DNA of 64,000 bases from Hydrolagus colliei (GCA_035084275.1 CM068762.1:3348001-3412000); one strand, 5' to 3'; counted from the stretch's first letter, positions 12,570 through 24,160 are shown. Numbers and translations: made by a program. The notes: generated by a model from the letters alone, not told the origin.

Positions 12570-15126
12570 GCAAGTACAACAAGGTTTCTGTAAGTGAGCA
12601 CCTAGGAAATAGCGATCACAATATAATTAGGTTCAGTATAATTGTGGAAAGGGATAAGCAACATTCAAAGGTGAAGACACTCAACTGGAAGAAGGCTAAT
12701 TTCAGTGAGTTAAAGCGGGACCAAGCCGAGGTGGACAAGAAAGAACGATTGGCAGGTAAAACAGCTAATGAGCAGTGAGCAGTCTTCAAGGAAGAGATAG
12801 TTTGGGCACAGGTCAAAAACATTCCAACAAAGATAAAATGTAGGGCATCCAAACCTCCTTGGATGACTAGGGCAATTGGGGTTAAAATAAAGCAAAAAAA
12901 GGAGGCTTATGACAAGCATCAGGCCCACGATACAGAGGTCAACCAAGCCGAATATAGGAAGTGTAGGAGAGAACTGAAAAGGAAATTAGTGGGGCAAAAA
13001 GACTGCATGAGAAACAATTAGCAGGTAACATTAAAGGGAACCCTAAGGTATTTTACAAACATATTAAGAGTAAAAGATTGGTCAAGGGTAGGGTGGGGCC
13101 AATTAGGAGCCAAGGAGGAAATCTTATTGTGGAGGCAGAGGGCATGGCTGATGAGTTCTTTGCCTCTGTCTTCACAAGAGAAGAAGATGCAGCCAATGCT
13201 ACAGGTATTGGAGGAGAGGGTAGAAGAAATGGGTAAGATAAGCATAACCAGAGAGGAAATACTAAAAAGGTTGACGGCGCTCAAGGTAGATAAGTCACCC
13301 GGTCCGGATGGGATGCATCCTAGGTTACTAAGGGAAGTACGGGAGCAAATAGCAGAGACTCTGGCCACAATCTTTCAATCTTCCTTGGACACAGGGTTGG
13401 TACCAGAGGACTGGAGGGTTGCTAATGTTACTCCCCTGTATAAAAAGCGGCTGTTTTTCAGACTGGGGGGAAGTGTACACTGGCGTTCCCCAGGGATCGG
13501 TTTTGGGACCACTGCTCTTTTTAATATACAGGTATCCCGCTCCAACCACGAAACGCACAACCACGGTTTGCTAAATGCGACAACCCTCACAAACTGCGTT
13601 TTGTTCATTCTCGATTTGCATCCGCGGTTTAAATTTTCAAGTTTCACTCCTCCAAACAAGGGACCGCATTCATCCACATATTGGTGTATATTCATCCGTG
13701 TTTCCTGCCTATCAGCATCTTTACTACACCACGTGGTCTAGCTGTACTCATGAAATACAGGGTCTGTAAGTCAGTCAGACAGCCCCCCAGCCCTCCAATA
13801 TCATCCCCCCCCCCTTACCCTCCGTGTCTCTCTCTCTCTATTTCTGTGTAAGTCAGTCACCCCGCCCAGCCCTCTGTGTCATCCCCCCCCACCCTCCGTG
13901 TCTCTCTATCTCTGTGTAAGTCAGTCAGACAACCCCCCCAGTCCTCCGTGTCACCCCCCACCCTCCATGTCTCTCTCTCTGTGTAGAGAGTCAGTCAGTC
14001 AGACAGCCTCACGGATTGCTATGTTATAACTGTACATTTTTTTTGTGTTCAGTTTTACAAAACGCAAACTTACTCCTCGTATCCCCATGTTTGCCATAGG
14101 GCCCTGCATTTCCCAACTATGATTTTACCAGCCATGAAGGTTTACAGGAATGTATCCCTCCCGGTTGGGGAGGAATACCTACATATTAATGATCTGGACT
14201 TGGGTGTAGGGAGCACAGTTTCCAAGTTTGCAGATGATACCAAGTTAAGGAGAATAGTAAATAGTGAGGAGGATAGTAACCATCTGCAAGAAGATGTGGA
14301 TAAAATGGTAAATTGGGCAGACACATGGCAGATGAAGTTTAATGCAGAGAAATGTGAGGTGATACATTTTGGGAGAAGAAATGAGGGGAGGCAATATAGG
14401 CTAGATAGTACAATTTTAAGGGGTGTGAGGGAACAGAGAGACCTGGGGATTTGGGTTAGTGACTCTTTGAAGGTGGCAGGACAGGTTAAGAAGGCATATA
14501 GGATACTAGGCTTTATAAATAGGGGTATAAGAGTACAAAAGTCAGGAAGTGCTGACTAACCTCTATAAAACTGTGGTGAGGCCTCAGCTGCAGTTCTGTG
14601 TCCAATTCTGGTCACCACACTATAGAAAGGATGTTAAGGCATTGGAAAGGGTGCAAAGAAGGTTTACCAGAATGGTACCAGGATTGAGGGACTTCAGTTA
14701 TGGGGAAATGCTAGATAGGCTAGGTTTATTCTCTTTGGAACAGAGAGGTTGAGAGGAGATCTAATAGAGGTTTATAAAATCATGAGGGGATTCGACAGGG
14801 TGAATAAGGAAAAACTGTTTCCACTGGTGGACGAATCTTGACTTGTGGTCACAGATATAAAATAGTTTCAAAACGAAGCAGAGCGGAGCCGAGGAGAAAT
14901 TTTTTCACTCAGCAGGTTTTTCGAATCTGGAATGCATTGCCTGAAAAGGTGGTGGAGGCCGATTTGATAACAGCTTTTAAAAGAGAATTTATTTAGGGAG
15001 AACAGTTCTGTTAGGTTATGGGGAGAGAGCTGGGCAGTGGGATTGAGTTGCTCTATTCAAAGAGCCAGCACAGACTAGATGAGTCGAACGGCCTCCTTTT
15101 GTGCCGTACAATTCTATGATTCTATG
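12570..15126 (+). mobile_element. Degraded CR1 LINE with an internal deletion, interrupted by a MITE
   Basis: HLGNSDHN, KSPGPDG, FADDTK and LERVQRR motifs; ends in TTCTATGATTCTATG. Confidence 0.88.
13529..14181. mobile_element. TcMar/Tigger-like MITE inserted in the CR1 RT
   Basis: Imperfect TIRs CAGGTATCCCGCTCCAACC / GGTTGGGGAGGAATACCT; splits the CR1 LIYIND codons at a TA. Confidence 0.8.
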
Positions 15127-15687
15127 TATCCCAGCGCTTTGGGACGTCCTCCCGACGTGAAAGGCGCTATATAGTGCAATTTTGTTGTACTGTATTGTAT
15201 GTGTATAGTGTGTGCATACTGTATTATGTGTGTATAGTGTGTGTATGTATATATATACTGTATTGTGTGTGTAGTGTGTGCATACTGTACTGTGTGTATA
15301 CTATATTGTGTGCGTGTGTGTGTGTGTTATGAACACACCCACCCCTATGAACCTGCAAATCCCCTCCGTTCAGCGGGCTCTGGTCTGCTCCATGTCTCCC
15401 GCCTGACCCGCCCTACCACCGGTGGATGGGCTTTCAGCCTCTCTGCCCCCACACTCTGGAACTCTAGCCCACAGTCCCTTCACCTCACTCCCTCCCTTGC
15501 CTCCTTCAAGGCCGGTCTCAAGACCCTCCTCTTCGATCGTGCCTTTTGCTGCCCTCCCATCTCTCCCCCTCCCCACTAACCTGCTCCTCCCCCTTGCTCG
15601 AGTCCTGACCTAACAGTTCAGCGCCTTGGGACGTCCTCCCAATGTGAAAGGTGGTCTATAAATGTAATATTGTTGTTGTTGTTACAG

Positions 15688-15951
15688 AGCACTCACTGCG
15701 GTATTACTACACGGCAGTGTCTGCCAGCAATGGGTCTGGGTTGCCCGTCTTCTCCCATGTGGGGATGTTGGACGATGTACAGATCACTCGCTATGACAGT
15801 GAGAGGCCCACCAACCAGCCTATGCAGCCGTGGATGCAGGCGGCTCTGTCGGCAGAAGAGTGGGAGAGCGAGTCCGTCAAACTGGGCGAGAGACAGAAAC
15901 TCTACCTGGCCAACGTCAAGATTGCCATGAAACGCAGTAGCATCACCACAG
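15688..15951 (+). CDS. MHC class I-like heavy chain, alpha1 exon
   Basis: HSLRYYYTAVS, GMLDDVQITRYDSE and PWM...EEWESE motifs; 264 nt, phase 1-1; ttacag acceptor, G|gtcagt donor. Confidence 0.92.
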
Positions 15952-16675
15952 GTCAGTCTCTCGCTCACCCCCAGCCCGGCCTCAGGTCACCCTCCCCAAC
16001 ACCAGGGCGCTTCATCACTGGAATTTATGGTTGTTGTCTGTGTGTCAGCCAGGATCAGTGGTGACCCTGTCTCTTGCTCAGCGCGTGTCGGCAGCACTAT
16101 TACGTCCAGCAATTGTCCCACCGACAGCCATGGAGTCAGTGACCCCATTTTTAATTATTTGGGGGATTGTTGGCCAGGAACCTGTGAGAGAGAAATTCCC
16201 TTCCCTTTTCAAATAGTGCCACAGGATCTTTAGCGTCCACCTGAACAGGCAGACGGCACCTTGTTTAATGTCTCATCTGGAGGACAGCAACAAGGACAAT
16301 TCACCGCCCTCCCCCCCCACCCCCACCCCACCCCAACGCAGTCTCTCTGTCACTCACTCACCATTGGTGGGCAAGCCTTCAGCCCCCACCCTCTGGAACT
16401 CCTTCCCACAATCGCTCCACCTGGCCCCCATCCCTTGCCTCCTTTAAAATCTCCCATCTCAAGACCCTCCCTCTTCGTCCGTGCCTCTGATCACCCTCCT
16501 TCCCCCCAAACCCCACCCCCCCCACTTCCCTCCACCCACCCTCCCAGCTCGGGTCCAAAACACTGACTGTCCAGCGCCTTGGGACGTCTTCCGAAAGCGA
16601 AAGGAGATTTACAAATGTAATTTTGTTGTTGTTGTTGTTGTTGTGACACTGTGTATCTCTGGTTCCTGGGGTCAG

Positions 16676-16951
16676 GGCTGAATGTGCTCCAGTACATGTC
16701 GGGCTGTGAGCTGCGTAAGGACAACAAGGTGCATGGCATCCGCACTTACGCCTTCAATTTCCGTGACCTGCTGTCCTTCGACATGGAGACCCTGCAGTGG
16801 GTGGCGGCCTCGCCCATCGCCAAACCCACCAAAGAGAAGTGGGATCGCAACGTGCCAGAGAACAAGTACAAGAAGACGTACAGCGAGATCATCTGTGTGG
16901 AATGGTTACACAAATACCTGAAGCTCAAAGAGAAGGCGCTGCAGAATTCAG
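16676..16951 (+). CDS. MHC class I-like heavy chain, alpha2 exon
   Basis: QYMSGC...TKEKWD...Y...CVEWLHKYL with the C101/C164 pair; 276 nt, phase 1-1; gtcag acceptor, G|gtaaca donor. Confidence 0.93.
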
Positions 16952-17657
16952 GTAACAACAAAGTACATTTGTACAGGGGCTTTCATGTCTGGAGGAGGTT
17001 CCCAAGGCGCTGGACAGTCAGGGATATGGCCCCAAGCTCAGGGTTGGGATCAGGAAACATAGAGCACAAGGAGGGTGGGGGTAGGAGGGTGACCCAAGGC
17101 ATGGTCGAAGAGAAAGTCCTTGAGATGCGCTTTGAAGGAGGCACGGAAGGGAGCAAGGTAAAGGCACCATGGGAATGGAGTTCCAACATCTGGGGCAGAG
17201 AGGCTGATGGTGGGGAGGGCAGGGGTCAAGCAACAGGCCGGAGCAGACGTGTTGATATGGAGTTAGCAGGTCACGAGGTAGGGAGGAGCAAGGCCATGGA
17301 GGGCTTTGAAGGCGAGGATGAGGATTTCGAATTCACCACACAGCATGGATAATAATCCATCTCCCCCACCCTCTATTTGTTTGGGGTGAGGGTACTCAGC
17401 CGGACGTGTGACACATGCGGAAACCCATCACCATGCTTAAGAGTGTTGTCAGCAGTGCCCATGGAGAATGGTGGACCCGCCTGGCTCATGGCCTGACCTG
17501 GAGACCAGCGCACTCCAGTATTGTGTTGCCATATTCACCTGGGAGCCAATTCAGCTCCAAGGAATCCCTGCTTAACTCCCCCCTCTTCCCCGCAGATAAT
17601 CTTGCGCCCCTACACCCCCATCTGTCTTGACCTTTGCCCCCTCTCGTCCCCCCGCAG

Positions 17658-17927
17658 TGGAGCCCGAGGTGACGGTACGAGCCTCCGCGATGGGTTTCGG
17701 CCGCCGCCTGTCGTGTCTGGTGACGGGGCTGAACTCGCGGGATGTGGAGTTGACTTGGAGCCGCAGTGGGGAGGCCGTGCCCGAGACCACGAGGAGCGGC
17801 TTCCTCCCCAACCACGACGGCACCTACCAGATCACCAGCTACCACCACGTCAACCACCTCCGCCCCGAGCACACCTACACCTGCCACGTTCAACACAGCA
17901 GCTTTCCAGAGCAGAAAACCGTCTGGG
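17658..17927 (+). CDS. MHC class I-like heavy chain, alpha3 (Ig C1-set) exon
   Basis: LSCLVTG...LTW...LPNHDGTYQ...YTCHVQHSS; 270 nt, phase 1-1; ccgcag acceptor, G|gtaaga donor. Confidence 0.93.
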
Positions 17928-18089
17928 GTAAGAGAGACTTTGTGTGTGTGTGTGTGAGGGTGGGGGGGCGGAAAGTGACTGTGTGTTGGAGATGCTGAGT
18001 GTGTGGGGCGACTGTGTGGGGGGGGGTTGTGTGTGCGTGTGTGGGGAGTATGTGTAGGGGGCACAGTGTGTGGGTATGTGGGTGGGGAG

Positions 18090-18345
18090 TAGGGTCCGTC
18101 GATATGGAAATTTTCCGATATCAATATATCGGTTGGCTCATATCGATCTATACCGATATATCGATATCTCTGGGGTTTTTTGAACTGCGCATGCGCGCGT
18201 ATTTGGGGTGCGAGCGCATTCCTGTATACGCACGCATTTGGATGTGCTCTAGGCCCAGGAGGTTTGCAATGCCGGCGACAAGGTAAGTTGAAAAAGTTCA
18301 CTTTATACCGATATAACCGATATATCTATATATCGCCGGACACTA
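18090..18345. mobile_element. hAT-type MITE in the class I alpha3-TM intron
   Basis: TIRs TAGGGTCCGTCGATAT / ATATCGCCGGACACTA; perfect 8-bp TSD GTGGGGAG; subterminal CGATAT repeats. Confidence 0.85.
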
Positions 18346-18729
18346 GTGGGGAGGTAGTGTGTGTGTGTGGAGTAGTCAATGTGCATGGGTTGGGACACTG
18401 AGTGTCACTGAGTGTGTCTCTGCACTGTGTGTGCTGCTGGGGGGCGGTTGGCAGTTGCTGTGTGTATGGGTGGAGGCAGTCGTGTGTGTGTGTGTGTGTG
18501 TGGGGGGGGGGCGGGGATGCTAGTTGCTGTGTGTGTGTGTGTATGTGTGGTTGGGGGGAGTTTGGCAGTTGTGTGTGTGTGGAGGGGGCAGATGCTAGTT
18601 GCTGTGTGTGTGTGCGTGCGTGCGTGCGTGCGTGGTTGGGGATTTTTGGCGGTCGTATGTGAGTGGGGGGGTGGGATGCTAGTTGCTGTGTGTATGGAAT
18701 GCGAATCATGTTGCTGTGTTTGATCTCAG

Positions 18730-18855
18730 TGGGTGAAGAGATACCCTGGATACCCTGGTTGATCACTGGGTGTGTGCTCTCGGTTTGCATCATTGCCTCT
18801 GTCGTCACCATTGTGTTGTGGAAAATGAGAGACAGGATTAAATTATGGAAATCAG
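18730..18855 (+). CDS. MHC class I-like heavy chain, connecting peptide/transmembrane exon (VGEEIPWIPWLITGCVLSVCIIASVVTIVLWKMRDRIKLWKS)
   Basis: Hydrophobic stretch followed by a basic stop-transfer segment; 126 nt, phase 1-1; ctcag acceptor, G|gtcagt donor. Confidence 0.85.
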
Positions 18856-19071
18856 GTCAGTGAGACTCGACTCTCCTCCCCCCCTCACACACACACCGCC
18901 TCTCCACACACGCACCCAAAAATACACACGCAAAAAACACCCTGCGCACGCACGCACATAACACACATTAACAGCACACCCAAAGACACAGCACATGCAC
19001 TCATACGCACAGATATGCACACATTGTGTGTCGCTGTGTTACTCACACTGTCTCTGTTTATTTTCTTTCAG

Positions 19072-19101
19072 GTTCAGAACAAAGTGCTTCAACATCAGGA
19101 G
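19072..19101 (+). CDS. MHC class I-like cytoplasmic micro-exon (GSEQSASTSG)
   Basis: Strong ttttctttcag acceptor and G|gtgagt donor; 30 nt, phase 1-1; Ser-rich like class I tails. Confidence 0.75.
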
Positions 19102-19343
19102 GTGAGTTTGTGAGAGAGGGCGTGTGTGAGTGAGAGAGTTTGTGTGAGCGAGACAATGTCTGGAATAGGGAGAATATGAGAGGGAAAAGATTATGAGAGA
19201 AGGAGTGTGTGATAGAGTGTGTGTGTATATATGTATGTATATTTGTATGAGAGAGGCAGTGTGTGTTTGTATTTTTGCGTGTGAGAGAGGGAGAATGCGT
19301 GTGTGTATATATATACACACACATATATAAAATATATATACAC

Positions 19344-19855
19344 TAGGTACCCCTCCCCAACCTCGGGGGATACGTTCCTGAACACCTCCGCGGTTAGTAA
19401 ACCCACGGTTGGAAAATACAGGGCCCTATGGGAAACATGGGAATAGGGGGAGTAAGTTTGAGGGCATTGACTGCCAGAATCTGCAGCAATCCGCGAGGCT
19501 GTCTGACTGACTGACTGATCTACACACAGACACACAGAGAGAGAGAAATCAACGGAGAAGGTGGTGTGTTGGGTGACATGGAGGGGGGGTGGATGTGGAG
19601 AAGGCGGTGTGGGTGACACAGAGGGTGGGGGGGGATGCAGAGAAGCGATAATAAATTTACGTTTTTTACCTTAATCCTAAGAGAGAAGCGACATCGTCGC
19701 TGGTTGATTGCGACATCGCAACTGGCTAGTGTTAGTGTTAAAACCCGTGGATACGCAAAACCCATTGCCGTGGTTAGCGAGGGCTGTCACAGCGAGCCGA
19801 CCGTGGATACGTGACATTAGCGGCAGAAAAACCCACGGTTGGGGCGGGGCACCTG
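19344..19855. mobile_element. TcMar/Tigger-like MITE, same family as 13529-14181, opposite orientation
   Basis: TIRs AGGTACCCCTCCCCAACC / GGTTGGGGCGGGGCACCTG-TA; internal similarity to the reverse complement of 14040-14180. Confidence 0.8.
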
Positions 19856-21171
19856 TATATAAACTTGGATGACCAAGAGCTTATTTTTCAGCTGCCCTAT
19901 TAGCTAAAAAAATGTAATAATTGCTCTAAGACTTCTTATATATTAGGATAGTATGTGAGAGAGGGACAGTGTAGTAGAGAGTATGTGTGTGTGTTATTAT
20001 TTCTATAAATTTATATATATATATAAAGTATAATAATCCTTACATTTGATACAGCGCCTTATCACGTATTTGAGACATCTTAAAGCACTTCACAGAATAT
20101 ACTGTCTATTTTGTGGGCGAATGAATACGTGAGAGAGAGGAAGGGTGTGACATATATATATGTGAGGTTTATATAGCGTGTGGGGGAACGCAGCGGACTG
20201 AATACAGCACAGCTCAGAGAGGTTATTACTCTAACTACTTCCTGGAAGGTTTTTTTTGTATCAGGGACGACACTAAACACCTGCCCCCAACAGCAGCAAA
20301 CGTTGTTTGAGCCCCAGGACTGTTGACATAAGTCAGGCTGAGACTCTGGGTATGAGACGATTGCTCTGGGTGATGATGCTCAGTGCCTCGGGGACGAAGG
20401 GGGACACGGCAGGCGATCTGTGTCGCGCTGACAGACGTCAGTGGGGAGTCAGGCGGGACAGGGAAGTTTCTGTGGGCGGGAACCAGCTCTTGTGGTCCCC
20501 AGATTCAAGAGAGATGACAAAACCCCTCCTGGCAACAACAACAAAATTACATTTATAGAGCGCCTTTCACGCCCCAAGGCTCTGAACATTTATGTCGGGA
20601 CCCGAGCAGGGGTGGGGCGGGGGGGGTTGGGGAAGGAGAGTAGGAGATGGGGAAGAGTTGGGAGGGGAGCAGAAGACGTGGCCGAAGAGGAAGGTCTTGA
20701 AGGAGGAAAGGGAGGAAGTGAAGCGAAGGGATTGTGGGTTGAGTTTCACAGTGTGGGAGCAGAGAGGCTGAAAGCCCGGCCAACAACGAGAGTGGCCATT
20801 AACCTGAGCTCAACAATAGGGGAAGTCAAGAAATCATCAGAAAGGAAATGGGAGATTACCCACATCACAATAATCTGATGATTAACTCTCTCTCTCTCAC
20901 CCACTCCATCTCGCTCTCTTATTCCGATACACACACCCACTCTCACAATCTCTTACTCTTGGACACACACTCACTCTCACATATACTCACTCTCACGCTC
21001 GCATACACTCTTTCTCATACATATTCTCTCACTCTTCACACACACACACACACACACACACACTAATTCTCTTTCACACTCATTCCCTTTCTCACTGTCA
21101 CTCTCTCACACTTTCACACACACACGCGCACACGTACACACTCACACACTCTCTCTCTCTCTCTCCCACAG

Positions 21172-21218
21172 GCTCAGAGGAAAGTCTCCGAGTGAAGGGC
21201 CCCGAAGCTCAAATTTTG
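21172..21218 (+). CDS. Probable terminal cytoplasmic exon of the class I-like gene (GSEESLRVKGPKLKF*)
   Basis: (ct)n-cccacag acceptor, phase 1 open to TGA; followed by AT-rich UTR-like sequence with ATTAAA at 21808-21813. Confidence 0.55.
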
Positions 21219-21289
21219 ATACCTGGTTCTGATACCTCCTCAACTTCCAGCCCCCCCACCAGCCTGTGTCAAGTATAACCTCTCCCAGC

Positions 21290-21405
21290 TCGCTCTCCCC
21301 CAGCCCCCTCTCCCCAGCCACCTCTCCCCCAGCCTCCTCTCCCCCAGCCCCCTCTCCCCAGCCCGCTCTCCCCCAGCCCCCTCTCCCCAGCCCCCTCTCC
21401 CCCCC
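21290..21405. repeat. C-rich tandem repeat (CTCTCCCCCAGCCCC) in the class I-like 3' region
   Basis: About 7 degenerate 15-16 bp units. Confidence 0.75.
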
Positions 21406-22739
21406 ACCCACCCACCACCCCAGGAGGCCCTCCTCCCCTCCCTCAAGCCAGATATCATACGGATATCATACGGCCTGCTGCATAAGCAATAGTTTGGGGC
21501 TTTTGGTAGGACTAGCTCAATACGCATTACATAGAAATCCTTTATTTTAGATTGTGTCCACTGTAAATTGTATTCCTGAATTTCACTCTGTATTTTTGGC
21601 CTACATAGCTAACTTTAAATAGGAGATATCAAACTTCTGACATACTTGAAAACAATGCGCTTTTTGGGAAGACTCATCCAGTCAGTGAAAATCATTTCTC
21701 TTCCATCTCTAAATGAGAAAAATCTATGGATAAAGGAAAGTGAGTCAATGTTTCCAGTCATCGCTCCTGTGTTTTTAAAATACTTGTCTTTCTGCTGGCT
21801 CATGGCAATTAAATATACCTTATAATAATAATGTATATATAAATATAATTTACATTTTTGATTGTAACTTTACAATCAATATTCAATTGAAACATGTTCA
21901 TGTGAATGTGATGCATTGTGCTATTTGTAACATTGTGTAGCACCTTGGGACTGTTTTCCCAGATCATTGGGATCTCCTCCCGATGTGAAAGGTGCTTTAT
22001 AAATGTAGTTTTGCTGTTGTTGTTGTGTTTTCCCCCTTCCCTCCCTCTTCCCTCTTACCCCCCTTTCTCCCCATTTCTCCCTGATTTTGCCCCCCACCCA
22101 CCTTTCTCTCCCTCTCCCTCCTTACCCCACTTTCTCCCCCCTCTTCCTCCCTGACTTCACCCCACCCCAACTTTCTCTCCTTCTCCCCCCTTACCCTCTT
22201 TTCCCCCTTTCTCCCCTGGCCTCATTTCCGCAACTGTTTGTGGGACACTGCTATGCGCAAGTTGGCTGCCGTGTTTCGCCCACAAATATACAGTCGGCTT
22301 TCCTGCTCTCTTTCCCCCTACCCCGACCCCTCCCCTTGCCATCTTTCCTCCCCTTCTCCCCTAACCCCACTTCCATGACTGTTTGTGGGACACAGCAGTG
22401 CATATTTGACTGCAGCGTTTCACCCACAAATATACAGTCAATTTTCCTTCTCTCTTTCCTCCGACCCTCCCCCCTGCTCTGATCCTTACCTGACTGTTCA
22501 GCGACTTGGGACGTCCTCCATCAATGTAAATTGGGACGTCAATATAATAATTGATCGATTATATAGAGCAAAACTTGTCTATGTCTGATCTGTATAAATT
22601 GTGTTAAAAACTTGAATTTGCTATTAAACCCGCTTACCAGATACTTTTATCTGCACTAGTCGTATTACAATAATAATAATCCTTGCATTTGATATCGCTC
22701 CTTATCAGGCTTTCGAGATGTCTCATGTCTATGCTGCTA

Positions 22740-24160
22740 TTTTGAGAGCTATCCTCTCAATCCTGTCCTGTCCTCTCCTTTACACAGAGGTTACCTGGAC
22801 GCTTTCCTGCTTTCAAATTACTGCCCCATCTCCAACCTCCCTTTACTTTCCAAGGTCCTGAAACGAGTCGTTGTTTCCCAGCTTGTTCCTTCCTCTCCCG
22901 TTACTCTCTTCACGAACCCCTCCAATTGGGTTTCCGTGACGCCCACAGTATAGAAATAGATCTGGTCAAATTGTCAAATGACATTCTATTCATCAGCGAC
23001 CACGGCTCCTTCTGCCTCCTCATCCTCCTTGACATCTCTGCTGCCTCTGTTGACCACTCTATTCTCCCCCACCGCCTCTCCTCTCACCTCAACCTTCATG
23101 GTTCTATCGTTGAGTGGTTCTGATCCTTGCTCTCACACTGCCTCCACATCTCCACAAACGGTTGGCTCCTCTAGCCCCCACACCATCCTGTGCAATGTTC
23201 CTTAGGATTATGACCTTGGTCCCCTCCTCTTCAACATCTACATGCTCCCTCTTGGTGACGCCATCCACAGACATGGGGTCAACTTCTACATGTACGGGCT
23301 TGACACCCACTGTATCTCTGCCTCCATCCTCGACTCCAGGACAAATGACGTCCTGACAGTGTCCGTCAGACATCAATTCCTGGGTGAGAGCTATCTTTCT
23401 GCAATTGAACGTCAACAAGACCGAGGCTCTCCTGATTGGTTCCCTTCAGCGCCTCCACACCTCAGGCGCTGACAGCATCACCATTCATGTATGCAGAATA
23501 CGGAACAAGGGCATCTTGTTTGACCTTCAATTACTTTCTACCCCAGATCCGTGCCATGACCTGCTCTGCTTTCCCTCCACAACATTGTCCAGCTCCATCA
23601 CTGTCTCACACAGCAGATCTCTGAGCTGCTTCATACATGGATTCATAACATCCAGGCTTGTCATCCCAAACTCTGCACCCTGTGTCCTCTCCCGCACTGG
23701 ACCCTAGCACTCCAATCCTCGCCCGACTCTATTGGCTTCCCATCACACAGACTGCAGTTCAAGTTTATGATCCTCACCTTAAAAGCCTTCCATGGCCTTG
23801 CTCCCCACTACCTCCGCCACCTGCTAACCCCCTATCAACCTGCCCACTCCCTCCACTCAGTAACCTGCTTCCAGTCCCTCATTTGGCCCGCCCCACCATT
23901 GGCAGGCCGACCTTTAGACACTTTGCCCCCACCCTCTGGAACTTCATCCAGCAATCCTTCTGCCTCGCCCCCTCCCTTGCCTTCTTGAAGACCTGTCTCA
24001 AGACCCTCTTCTTCGACCATGCCTTCCGTCACCCTCCTTCCACCCTCTGCCCTCTGGACCCCAGCTTGGGTCCAAAGCATTGATTGACCAGCACCTTGGG
24101 ATGTCCTCCTGATGTGAAATACTGTACAGGTAATTTTTGTTGTCCTTGTTATTGTTGTAA
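22740..24160 (+). mobile_element. Degraded L2 LINE
   Basis: Frameshifted RT remnants and an L2 3' stem-loop tail. Confidence 0.8.

Noticed and set aside
13630-13770. Apparent class I promoter (AGTTTCACT ISRE-like, ATTGG box) and mini-leader ATGAAATACAGGGTCT|gtaagt
   Set aside because: It lies inside a TIR-bounded MITE nested in CR1, and splicing to alpha1 would create an in-frame TAG
20351-20420. Signal-peptide-like MRRLLWVMMLSASGTKG
   Set aside because: It lies downstream of the TM exon, has no convincing donor, and the frame runs into an L2 fragment
15688-21218. Assignment of the class I-like gene to CD1, MR1, classical UAA or W-category
   Set aside because: Retained peptide anchors argue against CD1; Y59E, loss of N86 and the isolated location argue against a classical gene; the three-domain heavy chain excludes the class II-like W-category layout. 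A lineage call needs phylogeny.
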